DNA of 64,000 nt from Promethearchaeota archaeon (GCA_048940925.1 JBHLOC010000006.1:32001-96000), one strand, 5' to 3'; counted from the stretch's first letter, positions 10,167 to 19,596 are shown. Notes: generated from the letters alone by a model not told the origin. Program-made: numbers and translations.

Positions 10167-10499
10167 ATGAGTTTTGATGAATTTGATGAGGATTTAGGTG
10201 AGGAGGAACCTTTAAAATCTAAAACTCCCGCCACTAAGACCCCTTCCGCAGGAAAAAAACTTACATTATATTTCATGTCAACGATTGGTCCTGGTGAAAA
10301 AAAGGAAAAGTTAACTGTAAATGACAGTAATCAAGTAAGAGATATTAAACGAACTTTAGGTAATTTATATGGACTTGATCCTAATGACTTTCATTTATCT
10401 TCTGGTGGAGTTACAATGGATGAAAATAGTTCTTTAAGAGACTATAATGTAAATGATGGCGATGATATTCTTTTGATCCCTGCGAGTACTGCTGGGTAA
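10167..10499 (+). CDS. Ubiquitin-like modifier B, first gene of the conjugation operon
   Basis: Beta-grasp pattern; C-terminus DGDDILLIPASTAG identical to paralog A; directly upstream of E1. Confidence 0.88.
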   Translation: MSFDEFDEDLGEEEPLKSKTPATKTPSAGKKLTLYFMSTIGPGEKKEKLTVNDSNQVRDIKRTLGNLYGLDPNDFHLSSGGVTMDENSSLRDYNVNDGDDILLIPASTAG

Positions 10500-10532
10500 A
10501 CTTATATAAGTTTCTTCATAAAATATAATATT

Positions 10533-10570
10533 AGGGCTTTAAGCCCTTCAATTTTTTTATTTTTTTTTTA
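10533..10570 (+). terminator. Short hairpin plus long T-tract between Ubl B and E1
   Basis: agggct-tta-agccct (10533-10547) followed by T-rich 10552-10570. Confidence 0.45.
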
Positions 10571-10589
10571 TTTATTATTGGTGATAATA

Positions 10590-11813
10590 TTGAAAAAGAG
10601 TTCAGATTTTTTTAGTAAAGACCTAACATCGGAAGAAAGAAATTTATATGACCGACAATTTAGACTCGAAGGGTGGTCACAGAAATTAGTAAAAAACTCT
10701 CGAGTGTTAATGGCTGGTGTAGGGGGATTAGGTTGTGAAATTGCAAAAAACCTGGCAATGTTGGGTGTAGGTCATATAGACCTAGTAGATTTAGATATCA
10801 TAGAGCATTCCAATTTAAATCGTCAAATTTTGTTTGCAGGTGCTAAATTAGGAGAACCTAAAGCTGTTGTAGCAGCAAAAAAATTAACTGAAATTAATCC
10901 TAACATAATTATCAATGGATATCATACTTCGTTAGAAAGATTGGATCCAGCATTATATCAAGCTGCTGATGTCGTTGTGGGGGGTCTAGACTCCATGAAT
11001 GCTCGGTTGAATTTAAATGCTCAATGTATAAGATTTAGAAAACCTTTAGTGGATGGAGGTGTTTCAGGTTATCATGGTCATGTTTATACTGTTTTTCCAT
11101 ACAAAAATGCATGTTATGAATGTAATCCACTCCCCGTAGGAGAAAGTGATGAGATGGCGGCATGTACAGTAGTAGGAGTGCCAAGAAAAAGAATCCATTG
11201 TGTTTTCAAAGGAGATATGGCCTTTAAGGAAGAATTTGACAGGGATCCTAATCCAAAGAACATAGATGACATAAAATATATTCAAAAAATTGCTAATGAA
11301 CTAGTAAATAAACATAACTTCCCCCCAGAGTATACTGAAGATGATATAGTCAAAATTATTGATAGGCATGATCCAGGAATTATCACCATCAATGCTGTTA
11401 TTTCAGCATTACAGTCGCATGAAGTCGTAAAAATTCTTCATTGGAATAAAGGTCATAAGGGTATCGGTAAACCTATTAAATCTTATGTTATTTTCAATGC
11501 TATGACAATGATGTTTTACCATATTGAAAAGAAAAGAAATCCAGAATGTTCTCAATGTGGAAAAAATGTTCGAAGATTCGTAGTGAAATTAAAAGAAAAC
11601 TCTCCATGTATTAATATAATCAAAACATTAGAAAAACATGGTTTTAAGTTAGATCCTGATCTCGAACCTGTTATAACATTACTAGATTTTAATGACGTCA
11701 AAATAATAGATTTAGAACAAAATCCAATTAAAAATGGTTTAAGAAATTATGAATTTATGACAGTTGCCGGGTTTATTGATGGAGAAATTTTTGTAACCTT
11801 AAAATTAAAATAA
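10590..11813 (+). CDS. E1 ubiquitin-like activating enzyme (ThiF/UBA family, UBA3/UBA2-like)
   Basis: LYDRQ, GVGGLGCE, DLDIIEHSNLNRQILF, GLDS..AR, CYEC, catalytic ACT..VPRKRIHC, CSQC; GGTGA at 10580-10584 favours TTG 10590. Confidence 0.92.
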   Translation: MKKSSDFFSKDLTSEERNLYDRQFRLEGWSQKLVKNSRVLMAGVGGLGCEIAKNLAMLGVGHIDLVDLDIIEHSNLNRQILFAGAKLGEPKAVVAAKKLTEINPNIIINGYHTSLERLDPALYQAADVVVGGLDSMNARLNLNAQCIRFRKPLVDGGVSGYHGHVYTVFPYKNACYECNPLPVGESDEMAACTVVGVPRKRIHCVFKGDMAFKEEFDRDPNPKNIDDIKYIQKIANELVNKHNFPPEYTEDDIVKIIDRHDPGIITINAVISALQSHEVVKILHWNKGHKGIGKPIKSYVIFNAMTMMFYHIEKKRNPECSQCGKNVRRFVVKLKENSPCINIIKTLEKHGFKLDPDLEPVITLLDFNDVKIIDLEQNPIKNGLRNYEFMTVAGFIDGEIFVTLKLK

Positions 11814-11923
11814 TAATTTAGTCAAAAAATATTTTTTAAAAAAATTTTATAGAATACTTAAAAATTTAACTATTAATTTTGTTATTAAAAATATAGAATA
11901 ATAAATAGTAAAGGATTGAGAAT

Positions 11924-12451
11924 ATGAGTATAAGAAGTAGTCGAATCTCACAAGATTTTGCAGGATTAAAAAAATTATATAAACAAGGAACAATTGTTCA
12001 GTTAAAACCATTTAATCCCAATAGAAAGAGTATTGATCATTTAGCAATAACTATTAAAGGTCCTAAAGGTACTGCTTATGCGGGTGGTCTTTTTAAATTA
12101 GAAATGAAATTTCCTGCTCAGTATCCTAGGCAACCACCTTTTGTTAGATTACATACTCCAATTTGGCATCCAAATTTTTGGGCAAAACCGAGTGAGTATA
12201 CAGGTCAGAGGAATATTTGCTTAGCACTTGTAGATCCATCTTTAGTTGGAAAAAAAGGGGGGTGGAGCCCATCAAAAACAGCTGTTACCGTAGTTCAGGC
12301 TATAACTGCGATGTTAAATACACGAGGTAAGTATGTAAATCCAACTGATGTTTTTAACAAGAAAGCTGCAATAGAAATGATGAAAAATCAGAAGTTTTTT
12401 GAGAAAAAAGTCAAAAACCTTGTTAAAAAGTATGCTAATAAGAAATGGTGA
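11924..12451 (+). CDS. E2 ubiquitin-conjugating enzyme
   Basis: IKGPKGTAYAGGLF, FPAQYPRQPP, WHPN, NICL catalytic Cys, WSP. Confidence 0.93.
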   Translation: MSIRSSRISQDFAGLKKLYKQGTIVQLKPFNPNRKSIDHLAITIKGPKGTAYAGGLFKLEMKFPAQYPRQPPFVRLHTPIWHPNFWAKPSEYTGQRNICLALVDPSLVGKKGGWSPSKTAVTVVQAITAMLNTRGKYVNPTDVFNKKAAIEMMKNQKFFEKKVKNLVKKYANKKW

Positions 12452-13278
12452 AATTTAAAATGGGAGAAAGAGATTCACATATAGATTCCATTAAAAAAAC
12501 AATAAAATTGAAGATAAAAGATATAATTAAGAAGGAATTGCTGGAAGAAATCTTTGAAGAATTAAAATTGGAAGAGAAAGAATTAGTTAATGAAATTAGT
12601 TCGATGATTTCTAAAAAACCTCCTGAAAAGCAAATAATAAAACATTCAACTACTACACCTATCAAATCAAAAACAATAAAAGAAGAGAAAAAATATACAG
12701 ATGAAGATAAAATAGAAAAAGAAGTGTATATTTCGGTTAAAGCAATTCTAAAAGTAGCAAGTCATGCCCTAAAGTATGCGAATTCTAAAATTCCTAGACA
12801 AAATTGGGTAGAAGTAATAGGATTACTCGCAGGTAAAGTAGAAAATAACCGTAACATCTTACATATTGAAGATTACTATCCTATGGGTCATGGAACAGCT
12901 GTTTATGCTGAAATAAAAAATTATAAAAACTATGCTAGAGCTTTTCGAGATATTAAAAAGCAAAAGTTATTTATCTGTGGTTGGGCACATAGTCATCCTT
13001 CTTACGGATGTTTTATGTCTAATGAAGATATTGGTACTCAAACAAGATACCAAAAACTTTGGAATAAAGCTGTTGCCCTTGTAATCGATCCTTATCTTAT
13101 TGATGGAACTTCAGCTGGTTTTGAAATATATCGTGCAGATTTAACCACAAAAACTTGGTATCCTTTGGTTTATGGTATTAAAGGGTCATTAGATATTCGC
13201 ATGCTACCAGAAATACTAAATTTTATGAATCCGATAATTGAAGGGAAAGCAGTTTATCTCGAATATGATGAAAATTGA
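12445..13278 (+). CDS. JAMM/MPN+ isopeptidase (CSN5/Rpn11-like)
   Basis: EVIGLLAG, GWAHSHPSYGCFMSNED (HxH-x7-S-x2-D), ALVIDP. Confidence 0.92.
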   Translation: MVKFKMGERDSHIDSIKKTIKLKIKDIIKKELLEEIFEELKLEEKELVNEISSMISKKPPEKQIIKHSTTTPIKSKTIKEEKKYTDEDKIEKEVYISVKAILKVASHALKYANSKIPRQNWVEVIGLLAGKVENNRNILHIEDYYPMGHGTAVYAEIKNYKNYARAFRDIKKQKLFICGWAHSHPSYGCFMSNEDIGTQTRYQKLWNKAVALVIDPYLIDGTSAGFEIYRADLTTKTWYPLVYGIKGSLDIRMLPEILNFMNPIIEGKAVYLEYDEN

Positions 13279-14453
13279 AACAGATAAATTTTGGTGATTT
13301 TAGAACTGTGGCTAAAATTAAATCTGTGGCAATTGTTCTGGGGATATTTCTATTAATAGCTATAATACATGGTATTATATCAGATTCATTCAATGTATTT
13401 GTAAGTTGGATACTAATCGGAATATGGCTAATTTATTCTTTTAAAGTCTTAAAAAATATAAAACAATATCGAGAATTTAATTCTCCTCATAATACTGCTT
13501 TTTTTACCATTGGACCTGTATTTATTGGGATCTTTTATTCAACTTGGGGAAATTTTACTGGCATATTAGGCGAGAATCTCCTCGAGGGAACGGGATTATA
13601 TTTAAGTTGGTGGGGTATATTATTCGGCTTTCCTTATTTAGTATACGGATCTTATTCTTTATATCGGTGTTTCAAAAAATATAATGTAATATATTTTGGT
13701 ACGAAAGCGATAAATGCTCGTACAATTGGTTATTTACTATCTTTAATAGTTATTTTTTACATTATTTTTTATTGGATAATATTTTATGCTGTTATTGATT
13801 TTTATGATTCTATCTTAATCCCTGTTAATTTTTATGCAGATCTTAATCTTATACTCATACTTATTAGTACAATTTTAATTTTTATTATTTCTGGTATTTT
13901 TGGCACACAAAGAAGATTGCCCCCATTAACGAGAGATTATATTGCAAGACGTAGAAATAGATTAAATCATTTGACTTCTCCTCAGAGAAATTCAAATTCT
14001 AGAAAAAATAGTATAATCACAAATGGAACAACCAGATCATCTAGAATTACACCCACTACTCAAAGAAGATCAACTCAAACGAGTATAAAAACAACCTCTC
14101 GAACTGTAAGTAGAAAGAAAACATCAAAGCCTAGTATAATTCCCCACAGGACCATAAGCTCAAGGGACTTTAATAAGTACAAACCAAGAGCGGGGCTTCT
14201 TTCGGTAGAGGATTTTAAATGCATTTTTTGTTTTCATTTACCAAAATTGCCAGAAGATAAGGGTAGAGGAATAGTTTTATGTCCAAAATGTAGATATCCT
14301 GCTCATGCAGATGAATTTAAAGATTGGATGCAAAATTCAAATCTATGCTCAAGATGTAATGCGATAATTCCATCAAACTATAGAAGAAATCCTAAGATAA
14401 TCAGTATAAAAAACTATATTATTATCTATAAAAGTTTATTAAAAAAAAAATAA
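13275..14453 (+). CDS. Polytopic membrane protein with C-terminal RING-like finger (putative E3 ligase)
   Basis: About 6 hydrophobic helices, S/T/R-rich linker, CIFC...CPKCRYPAHADEFKDW...CSRC; TTGA overlap with JAMM stop. Confidence 0.8.
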   Translation: MKQINFGDFRTVAKIKSVAIVLGIFLLIAIIHGIISDSFNVFVSWILIGIWLIYSFKVLKNIKQYREFNSPHNTAFFTIGPVFIGIFYSTWGNFTGILGENLLEGTGLYLSWWGILFGFPYLVYGSYSLYRCFKKYNVIYFGTKAINARTIGYLLSLIVIFYIIFYWIIFYAVIDFYDSILIPVNFYADLNLILILISTILIFIISGIFGTQRRLPPLTRDYIARRRNRLNHLTSPQRNSNSRKNSIITNGTTRSSRITPTTQRRSTQTSIKTTSRTVSRKKTSKPSIIPHRTISSRDFNKYKPRAGLLSVEDFKCIFCFHLPKLPEDKGRGIVLCPKCRYPAHADEFKDWMQNSNLCSRCNAIIPSNYRRNPKIISIKNYIIIYKSLLKKK

Positions 14454-14472
14454 AGAAATTTTGTTAAAAAAA

Positions 14473-15426
14473 TTAAGCACCAATTCTTTTTTTCAATTCT
14501 CCAATCGTAGTTTTTAATTCAGAATATACATTATGAGGATGTATTGATTCAAAACTCTCAATTTTAAAAACAACCTTGAATTTATCTTCTAAATTAGGAA
14601 ATCTCCTTTTTATAAAATTCCTTGCCATTTCCCTTATGACATCTTCTGCAAATAAAGGTTTTAAGTGAGCACTTCTGACAAGCTTAGCTTCATCAGGTCT
14701 CTTTAAAACAGATTGCATTTTTCCACTCATACTATCTTCAATTATTTCAATTATATCTAAAACATCAATTTTATGATTATTTAGATCTTTAATTTGAACC
14801 ATTATTGTGCCTATTGAACGTTGATTATGAGAGCTAAAGGGTAATATATTAAGAAGTGTCTTAACCGAATCATCAGAGATCTTAAGATCTTGTCTATTTT
14901 TAATCACACTTGCTGCATATTCTTGACTCATTTCTTTAGCACAGGGACAAACAGTCATACCTACTGCACTTGCTCCGATATAATAATTAAAATCTATTTC
15001 TCCAGATTTGCTCTTTTTTACTTTTACTAAAGAACTGATATCATATGCTTTCTGAATAGATCTTTGTTGATCATCCTTAGCTTGGACAATAATTTTGCCT
15101 TCAAGTTTCACATTTACTTTTTCTGTGTATGGATGTCTTTCTAACAATTTTCTTGCTATTCTGTCCCCAACCACTTCTACTGAGGGTGTAGGTTTGAATA
15201 TTACCTCGTTAATTATTTCTTCTATAGTTTCACTTGTTCGAGACATATGTATTCCTCTTTTATGTCCAGGTAATGAAATTAAAGCTGAAATCTTTGGATA
15301 AAAAGAATACTTTTTGTCTTCTTGGATTATTTCAACTTTTTTTTCCACTCCAACTATTCCAACTTTATCTATAGGCAGCGCATATCCTGGAGAGTCATCC
15401 TGTAAATCTTTTTTAAATTGTGGAAT
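14473..15426 (-). CDS. mptA: GTP cyclohydrolase MptA (FolE2 family); probable ATT start
   Basis: RGIHMSR, GMTVCPCA, SHNQRS, VLKRPDE, PLFAED, ESIHPHN; frame extends upstream of GTG 15348 through DLQDDSP...IDKVGIVGV to ATT 15426. Confidence 0.88.
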   Translation of the reverse strand: MPQFKKDLQDDSPGYALPIDKVGIVGVEKKVEIIQEDKKYSFYPKISALISLPGHKRGIHMSRTSETIEEIINEVIFKPTPSVEVVGDRIARKLLERHPYTEKVNVKLEGKIIVQAKDDQQRSIQKAYDISSLVKVKKSKSGEIDFNYYIGASAVGMTVCPCAKEMSQEYAASVIKNRQDLKISDDSVKTLLNILPFSSHNQRSIGTIMVQIKDLNNHKIDVLDIIEIIEDSMSGKMQSVLKRPDEAKLVRSAHLKPLFAEDVIREMARNFIKRRFPNLEDKFKVVFKIESFESIHPHNVYSELKTTIGELKKRIGA

Positions 15427-15536
15427 TCAAAATCACCGATTTTTAACATCTTTATTTAAAAGATGTTCCAAATTTAATAATATATATTCAATTATATTAT
15501 TTTTTGATATTTTACTAAAATACTCTTTAGAAAATT

Positions 15537-16706
15537 ATGTCAAATAAACAATTTTTCAGTGATTTTGGACTTATTGGAGATAATTTAGAGTTGAAGAAAA
15601 ATATCAATATTGAAATAAATAATGAGGGAAGAATTGTTGAAATTTCTTATGATGATTTAGGGGATAATGATATTCTTTCTATTGAAGAGAAAAAATCTTT
15701 AATGATGCCAGGATTCATAAATTCTCATGTTCATATTGGAGATAGTTTTGCGAAAGAAGCGGGTATAAATATGAATCTGGATGATGTTGTTGCACCTCCA
15801 AACGGTCTGAAACACAGGCTTCTTGGGTTGATACCAGAGGCGATTAAGATAAAGGGTATGATAAACGCTGTTTTAGAAATGTTATCAAATGGTATAACTT
15901 TCTTCATAGATTTTCGAGAAAATGGATTACATGGAATAAATCTTTTAAAAAAAGCTTTAAAAGATTTTACTATAAATTATCAGGTCTTAGGAAGATTTAA
16001 GACTTTCAATGAAGTTAAACCTGTATATAAGATTGCAGATGGTATCGGGTTACCGAGTTATTCACATATATCCCCTAATGTTAAAGAGCTTTTGAGAAAA
16101 TTAATCAGTAAAAAAAAAAAGATAATAGCATGTCATGATTCTGAATTAGTAAGAAATGATACTATACTTGATGATATAATTCAAGATGATCTTGTTAAAA
16201 TTATTATCCATGGCACTCAATATTTGAATGAAGATTTAAAAATAATTAAAGAAAAAAAGCTTTCATTAGTATTATGTCCAAGAAGTAATGGTTATTTTGG
16301 AGTTGGATTTCCACCTATAGACAATATAGTAAAATTAGATATCCCAATAAGTTTAGGAACAGATAATGTAATGGTAAATAGTCTTGATTTGTTTGAGGAA
16401 ATGCGATATTTATATTTTATTTTCCGAGTTTTAAGTAAAGATAATTTAGAATCAAGGCTTTCTTCAAAAGAATTACTTAAGATGGTAACTGTAAATGCAG
16501 CAAAAAATTTTGAGTTAGAAAGCAAGTACGGTTCAATATCAAAAGATAAATTTGCTGATTTTTTTATAATTGATTTAAATGCACCTAATTTTTACTTTCA
16601 TAAATTAGAAAATAAGAATATTTTTCAAATTATAGTTCAAAGAACTAAATCAGAAAATATTAAGAGGACTTATATCAGAGGAGAACTTGTTTTTGAAAGG
16701 AAATAA
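15537..16706 (+). CDS. Metal-dependent amidohydrolase (nucleoside/pterin deaminase-like)
   Basis: PGFINSHVHIGDS, CPRSN, LGTDN, TVNAAK. Confidence 0.85.
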   Translation: MSNKQFFSDFGLIGDNLELKKNINIEINNEGRIVEISYDDLGDNDILSIEEKKSLMMPGFINSHVHIGDSFAKEAGINMNLDDVVAPPNGLKHRLLGLIPEAIKIKGMINAVLEMLSNGITFFIDFRENGLHGINLLKKALKDFTINYQVLGRFKTFNEVKPVYKIADGIGLPSYSHISPNVKELLRKLISKKKKIIACHDSELVRNDTILDDIIQDDLVKIIIHGTQYLNEDLKIIKEKKLSLVLCPRSNGYFGVGFPPIDNIVKLDIPISLGTDNVMVNSLDLFEEMRYLYFIFRVLSKDNLESRLSSKELLKMVTVNAAKNFELESKYGSISKDKFADFFIIDLNAPNFYFHKLENKNIFQIIVQRTKSENIKRTYIRGELVFERK

Positions 16707-17358
16707 AAGACCTTATGTAATATTAAGCGCAGCGATGACAATCGATGGAAAAATTGCATCTAAATCAGGAGATCCTGATATATCTGATGAAGAGGATTGG
16801 AGAGAGGTACATAAACTTAGAACTCAAGTAGATGCAATAATGGTAGGGAAAGGTACAATTTTAAAAGACAACCCAAAACTTCATATTAAATATTATAAAC
16901 ATAAAGGATATAAAAGAATAGTTGTGGATAGTAATCTTTCAATTCCTCTTGATTCCAAAATAATTACTTTTCAACCAAAATTATATCCTACAATAATATG
17001 TACTACTAAAAATTTACCTTTGAAAAAAATTAAAGATTTTGAATCAAAAGGAGTAAGAATTTTGCAATCTAAAGGTGAAAAGAAAGTAGATATTTTAAAA
17101 TTACTGCCTATACTTTATGATTTAGGTGTGCGAAAACTCTTATTAGAAGGAGGAAGTACCTTAAACTGGAGTTTTTTAAAAGAAGATTTAATAGATGAGA
17201 TAAGATTAACCATTGGTCCTTGGATGGTGGGTGGTAAAGACGCGATTAGTTTAGTTGGAGGAGAAGGGTTTGATAAAATGTTAGAAGCACCAAGATTCAG
17301 CTTACAACAAGTTATTAAAAGAGAAAATTATGCGGTTTTAAGATATATTAGGGGCTAA
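16687..17358 (+). CDS. arfC: 2,5-diamino-6-(ribosylamino)-4(3H)-pyrimidinone 5'-phosphate reductase (RibD C-terminal-like)
   Basis: RPYVILSAAMTIDGKIA, DAIMVGKGTILKDNP, LLLEGGSTLNWSF. Confidence 0.9.
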   Translation: MFLKGNKRPYVILSAAMTIDGKIASKSGDPDISDEEDWREVHKLRTQVDAIMVGKGTILKDNPKLHIKYYKHKGYKRIVVDSNLSIPLDSKIITFQPKLYPTIICTTKNLPLKKIKDFESKGVRILQSKGEKKVDILKLLPILYDLGVRKLLLEGGSTLNWSFLKEDLIDEIRLTIGPWMVGGKDAISLVGGEGFDKMLEAPRFSLQQVIKRENYAVLRYIRG

Positions 17359-17360
17359 GA

Positions 17361-18476
17361 ATGAATAAGTCAAATGACCATGATAAGTTTAAAAAATTTT
17401 CTCTAAAGCAATTAATAACTAAAGTTAAAGATATTAAAGCTCAATTACCTATAGAAGAAAGGTACACAATTACTTATTCAAGAAATTTCACATTATCACT
17501 TTCAAATTATTGTATTAATCAGTGTGGTTATTGTTTCTATAATTATAAAATACCAAAAATAAATAGTGATGGAAATGTTATTTTGCTTAGTCGTGAGAAG
17601 ATTTTAACCTTAATTCAAAAAGGTTTAGACTTTAATTGTAAAGAAGTACTGTTAATGTCCGGAGAAAGTCCTGATACATTCGTAGAAGTAAAAGCAGAAT
17701 TAGAAAGTAGAAATTATTGTGATTTTTTTGATTATGTTAAACAAATTTGTATAGATTTATTAGATTTCAATTTATTGCCACATACTAATATTGGTCTACT
17801 CACTTATGATGAAATAAAGGAGCTAAAAAGGTATAATGCCAGTATGGGATTAATGTTGGAAAGCACTAATATGAAACTTTTTGAAAAAGGGAGTGTACAT
17901 GAGCACTCACCAAGTAAATTACCCCGAAAAAGAATAAAACACATCATTAATGCAGGAAAATTAAAAATACCTTTTACTACTGGGTTGTTGTTAGGTATAG
18001 GAGAAACTTTTGAAGATAGGATCAATGATTTATATTTAATCAAAGAAATTCATAAAAAATATGGTCATATCCAAGAGGTTATACTTCAGAATTTCATAAA
18101 TAAGAAAGGAGTACCATATCAACCCAAAAATCCGATTTCAATAGAAAAAATTCTTAGGATTGTAGGAATTGCGAAAATAATATTAGAGAACGATATTGCA
18201 CTACAAGTTCCACCAAACTTAATAAACGGTTTTGAAAAGGAATTTATAGATATGGGAATTGATGATTTTGGTGGAATATCGCCATTTACATTAGATTATA
18301 TAAATCCTGAAAGGGAATGGCCCCAAATTGATAAATTAACCCAAATATGTGAAAACAAGGGATATAAACTTAAAGAAAGACTTCCAATTTATGAAAAATT
18401 TATAAATAAAAGTGAATTTTGTGATGAAAATATTAAAAAAACAATAGACAATATTAATTTAAATGGAGACAACTGA
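17361..18476 (+). CDS. cofG: FO synthase subunit CofG
   Basis: ITYSRN, CINQCGYC, LLPHTNIG, SMGLMLE, IPFTTGLLLGIGE, HIQEVILQNF, QVPPNL. Confidence 0.92.
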   Translation: MNKSNDHDKFKKFSLKQLITKVKDIKAQLPIEERYTITYSRNFTLSLSNYCINQCGYCFYNYKIPKINSDGNVILLSREKILTLIQKGLDFNCKEVLLMSGESPDTFVEVKAELESRNYCDFFDYVKQICIDLLDFNLLPHTNIGLLTYDEIKELKRYNASMGLMLESTNMKLFEKGSVHEHSPSKLPRKRIKHIINAGKLKIPFTTGLLLGIGETFEDRINDLYLIKEIHKKYGHIQEVILQNFINKKGVPYQPKNPISIEKILRIVGIAKIILENDIALQVPPNLINGFEKEFIDMGIDDFGGISPFTLDYINPEREWPQIDKLTQICENKGYKLKERLPIYEKFINKSEFCDENIKKTIDNINLNGDN

Positions 18477-19593
18477 AGTTTTTAATCATATAAAGAATGA
18501 TATAAAAGTTATATTAAAAAAAGCATTAATTTCTGAAGAAATCAGTGCTGAAGAAGCATTGAAATTACTTAAAGTAACTGGTAAGGAATTTTTCGCTCTT
18601 CAGAATGTAGCAGATAAATTGTGCTTTATAAAAAAAGATAATGTTGTAACATTTATTATAAATAGGAATATAAATTTTACAAACATTTGCTTTCAAAAAT
18701 GTAAATTCTGCTCCTTTAGTGTTCCACAAGATCATAAAGACGCGTTTTTATTGTCTATTGAAGACATAAGAGAGAAGGTTGTAGAAGCAAAAAGGATCGG
18801 CTGCACTGAAGTGTGTATTCAAGGAGGAATAAATCCAAAATTGAAATTCGAATTCTATTTAAAAATTCTCAAAACTGTTAAAGAAATTGAACCTAAAATA
18901 CATATACATGCCTTCTCTCCTCAGGAAATATTTTTTATGTCAAAATTATACGATAATTCCATTGAAAATACTTTAAAAGAATTAAGGAAAGCAGGTCTTG
19001 ATTCAATTCCTGGAACAGCTGCAGAAATATTAGTTGATAATATTAGAAAGATTATTTGTCCTAATAAAGTTTCAACTTCTCAATGGATAGATATTATTAC
19101 TAAAGCCCATAGTTTAGGTATTCCAACAACTTCTACGATTATGTATGGACATATTGAAAGATTGACTGATATAATTAGACATTTAGAGGTTTTAAGAAAT
19201 ATACAAAAAGAAACTAATGGTTTTACAGAGTTTGTCTCCCTACCTTTTGTAAAAGAAAAACCAATTCTATCAAAATTAAAAAATTATCCATTAAGAGCTA
19301 GTTATGGAATGGATGATTTAAAGTTATTTTGTGTGGCACGAATATTCTTTAATAATTTTATCGATAATATCCAATGCAGTTGGGTAAAATTAGGACCGAA
19401 ATTTGCTCAAATTTCTTTAAATTTTGGTGTTAATGACTTTTCTGGAACTTTAATGGAAGAAAATATTTCAAGAAGTGCTGGTGCTGAGTTTGGTCAATAT
19501 TTACCACCAGAAGAAATAGTACAGATCATTAAGGCAGCCGGAAAGAAACCAGCTCAGAGAGATACCCTTTATAATATATTGAAATATTACTAA
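18463..19593 (+). CDS. cofH: FO synthase subunit CofH
   Basis: NRNINFTNICFQKCKFC, HAFSPQE, PGTAAEIL, TIMYGHIE, SWVKLG, GTLMEENISRSAG. Confidence 0.92.
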   Translation: METTEVFNHIKNDIKVILKKALISEEISAEEALKLLKVTGKEFFALQNVADKLCFIKKDNVVTFIINRNINFTNICFQKCKFCSFSVPQDHKDAFLLSIEDIREKVVEAKRIGCTEVCIQGGINPKLKFEFYLKILKTVKEIEPKIHIHAFSPQEIFFMSKLYDNSIENTLKELRKAGLDSIPGTAAEILVDNIRKIICPNKVSTSQWIDIITKAHSLGIPTTSTIMYGHIERLTDIIRHLEVLRNIQKETNGFTEFVSLPFVKEKPILSKLKNYPLRASYGMDDLKLFCVARIFFNNFIDNIQCSWVKLGPKFAQISLNFGVNDFSGTLMEENISRSAGAEFGQYLPPEEIVQIIKAAGKKPAQRDTLYNILKYY

Positions 19594-19596
19594 GTG

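Noticed and set aside
15400-15440. BHB introns as the explanation for the missing starts of mptA, the DHPS-like gene or the second MTase
   Set aside because: I could not build a helix-bulge-helix-bulge-helix fold at these sites by eye. A computational scan would be needed to exclude it.
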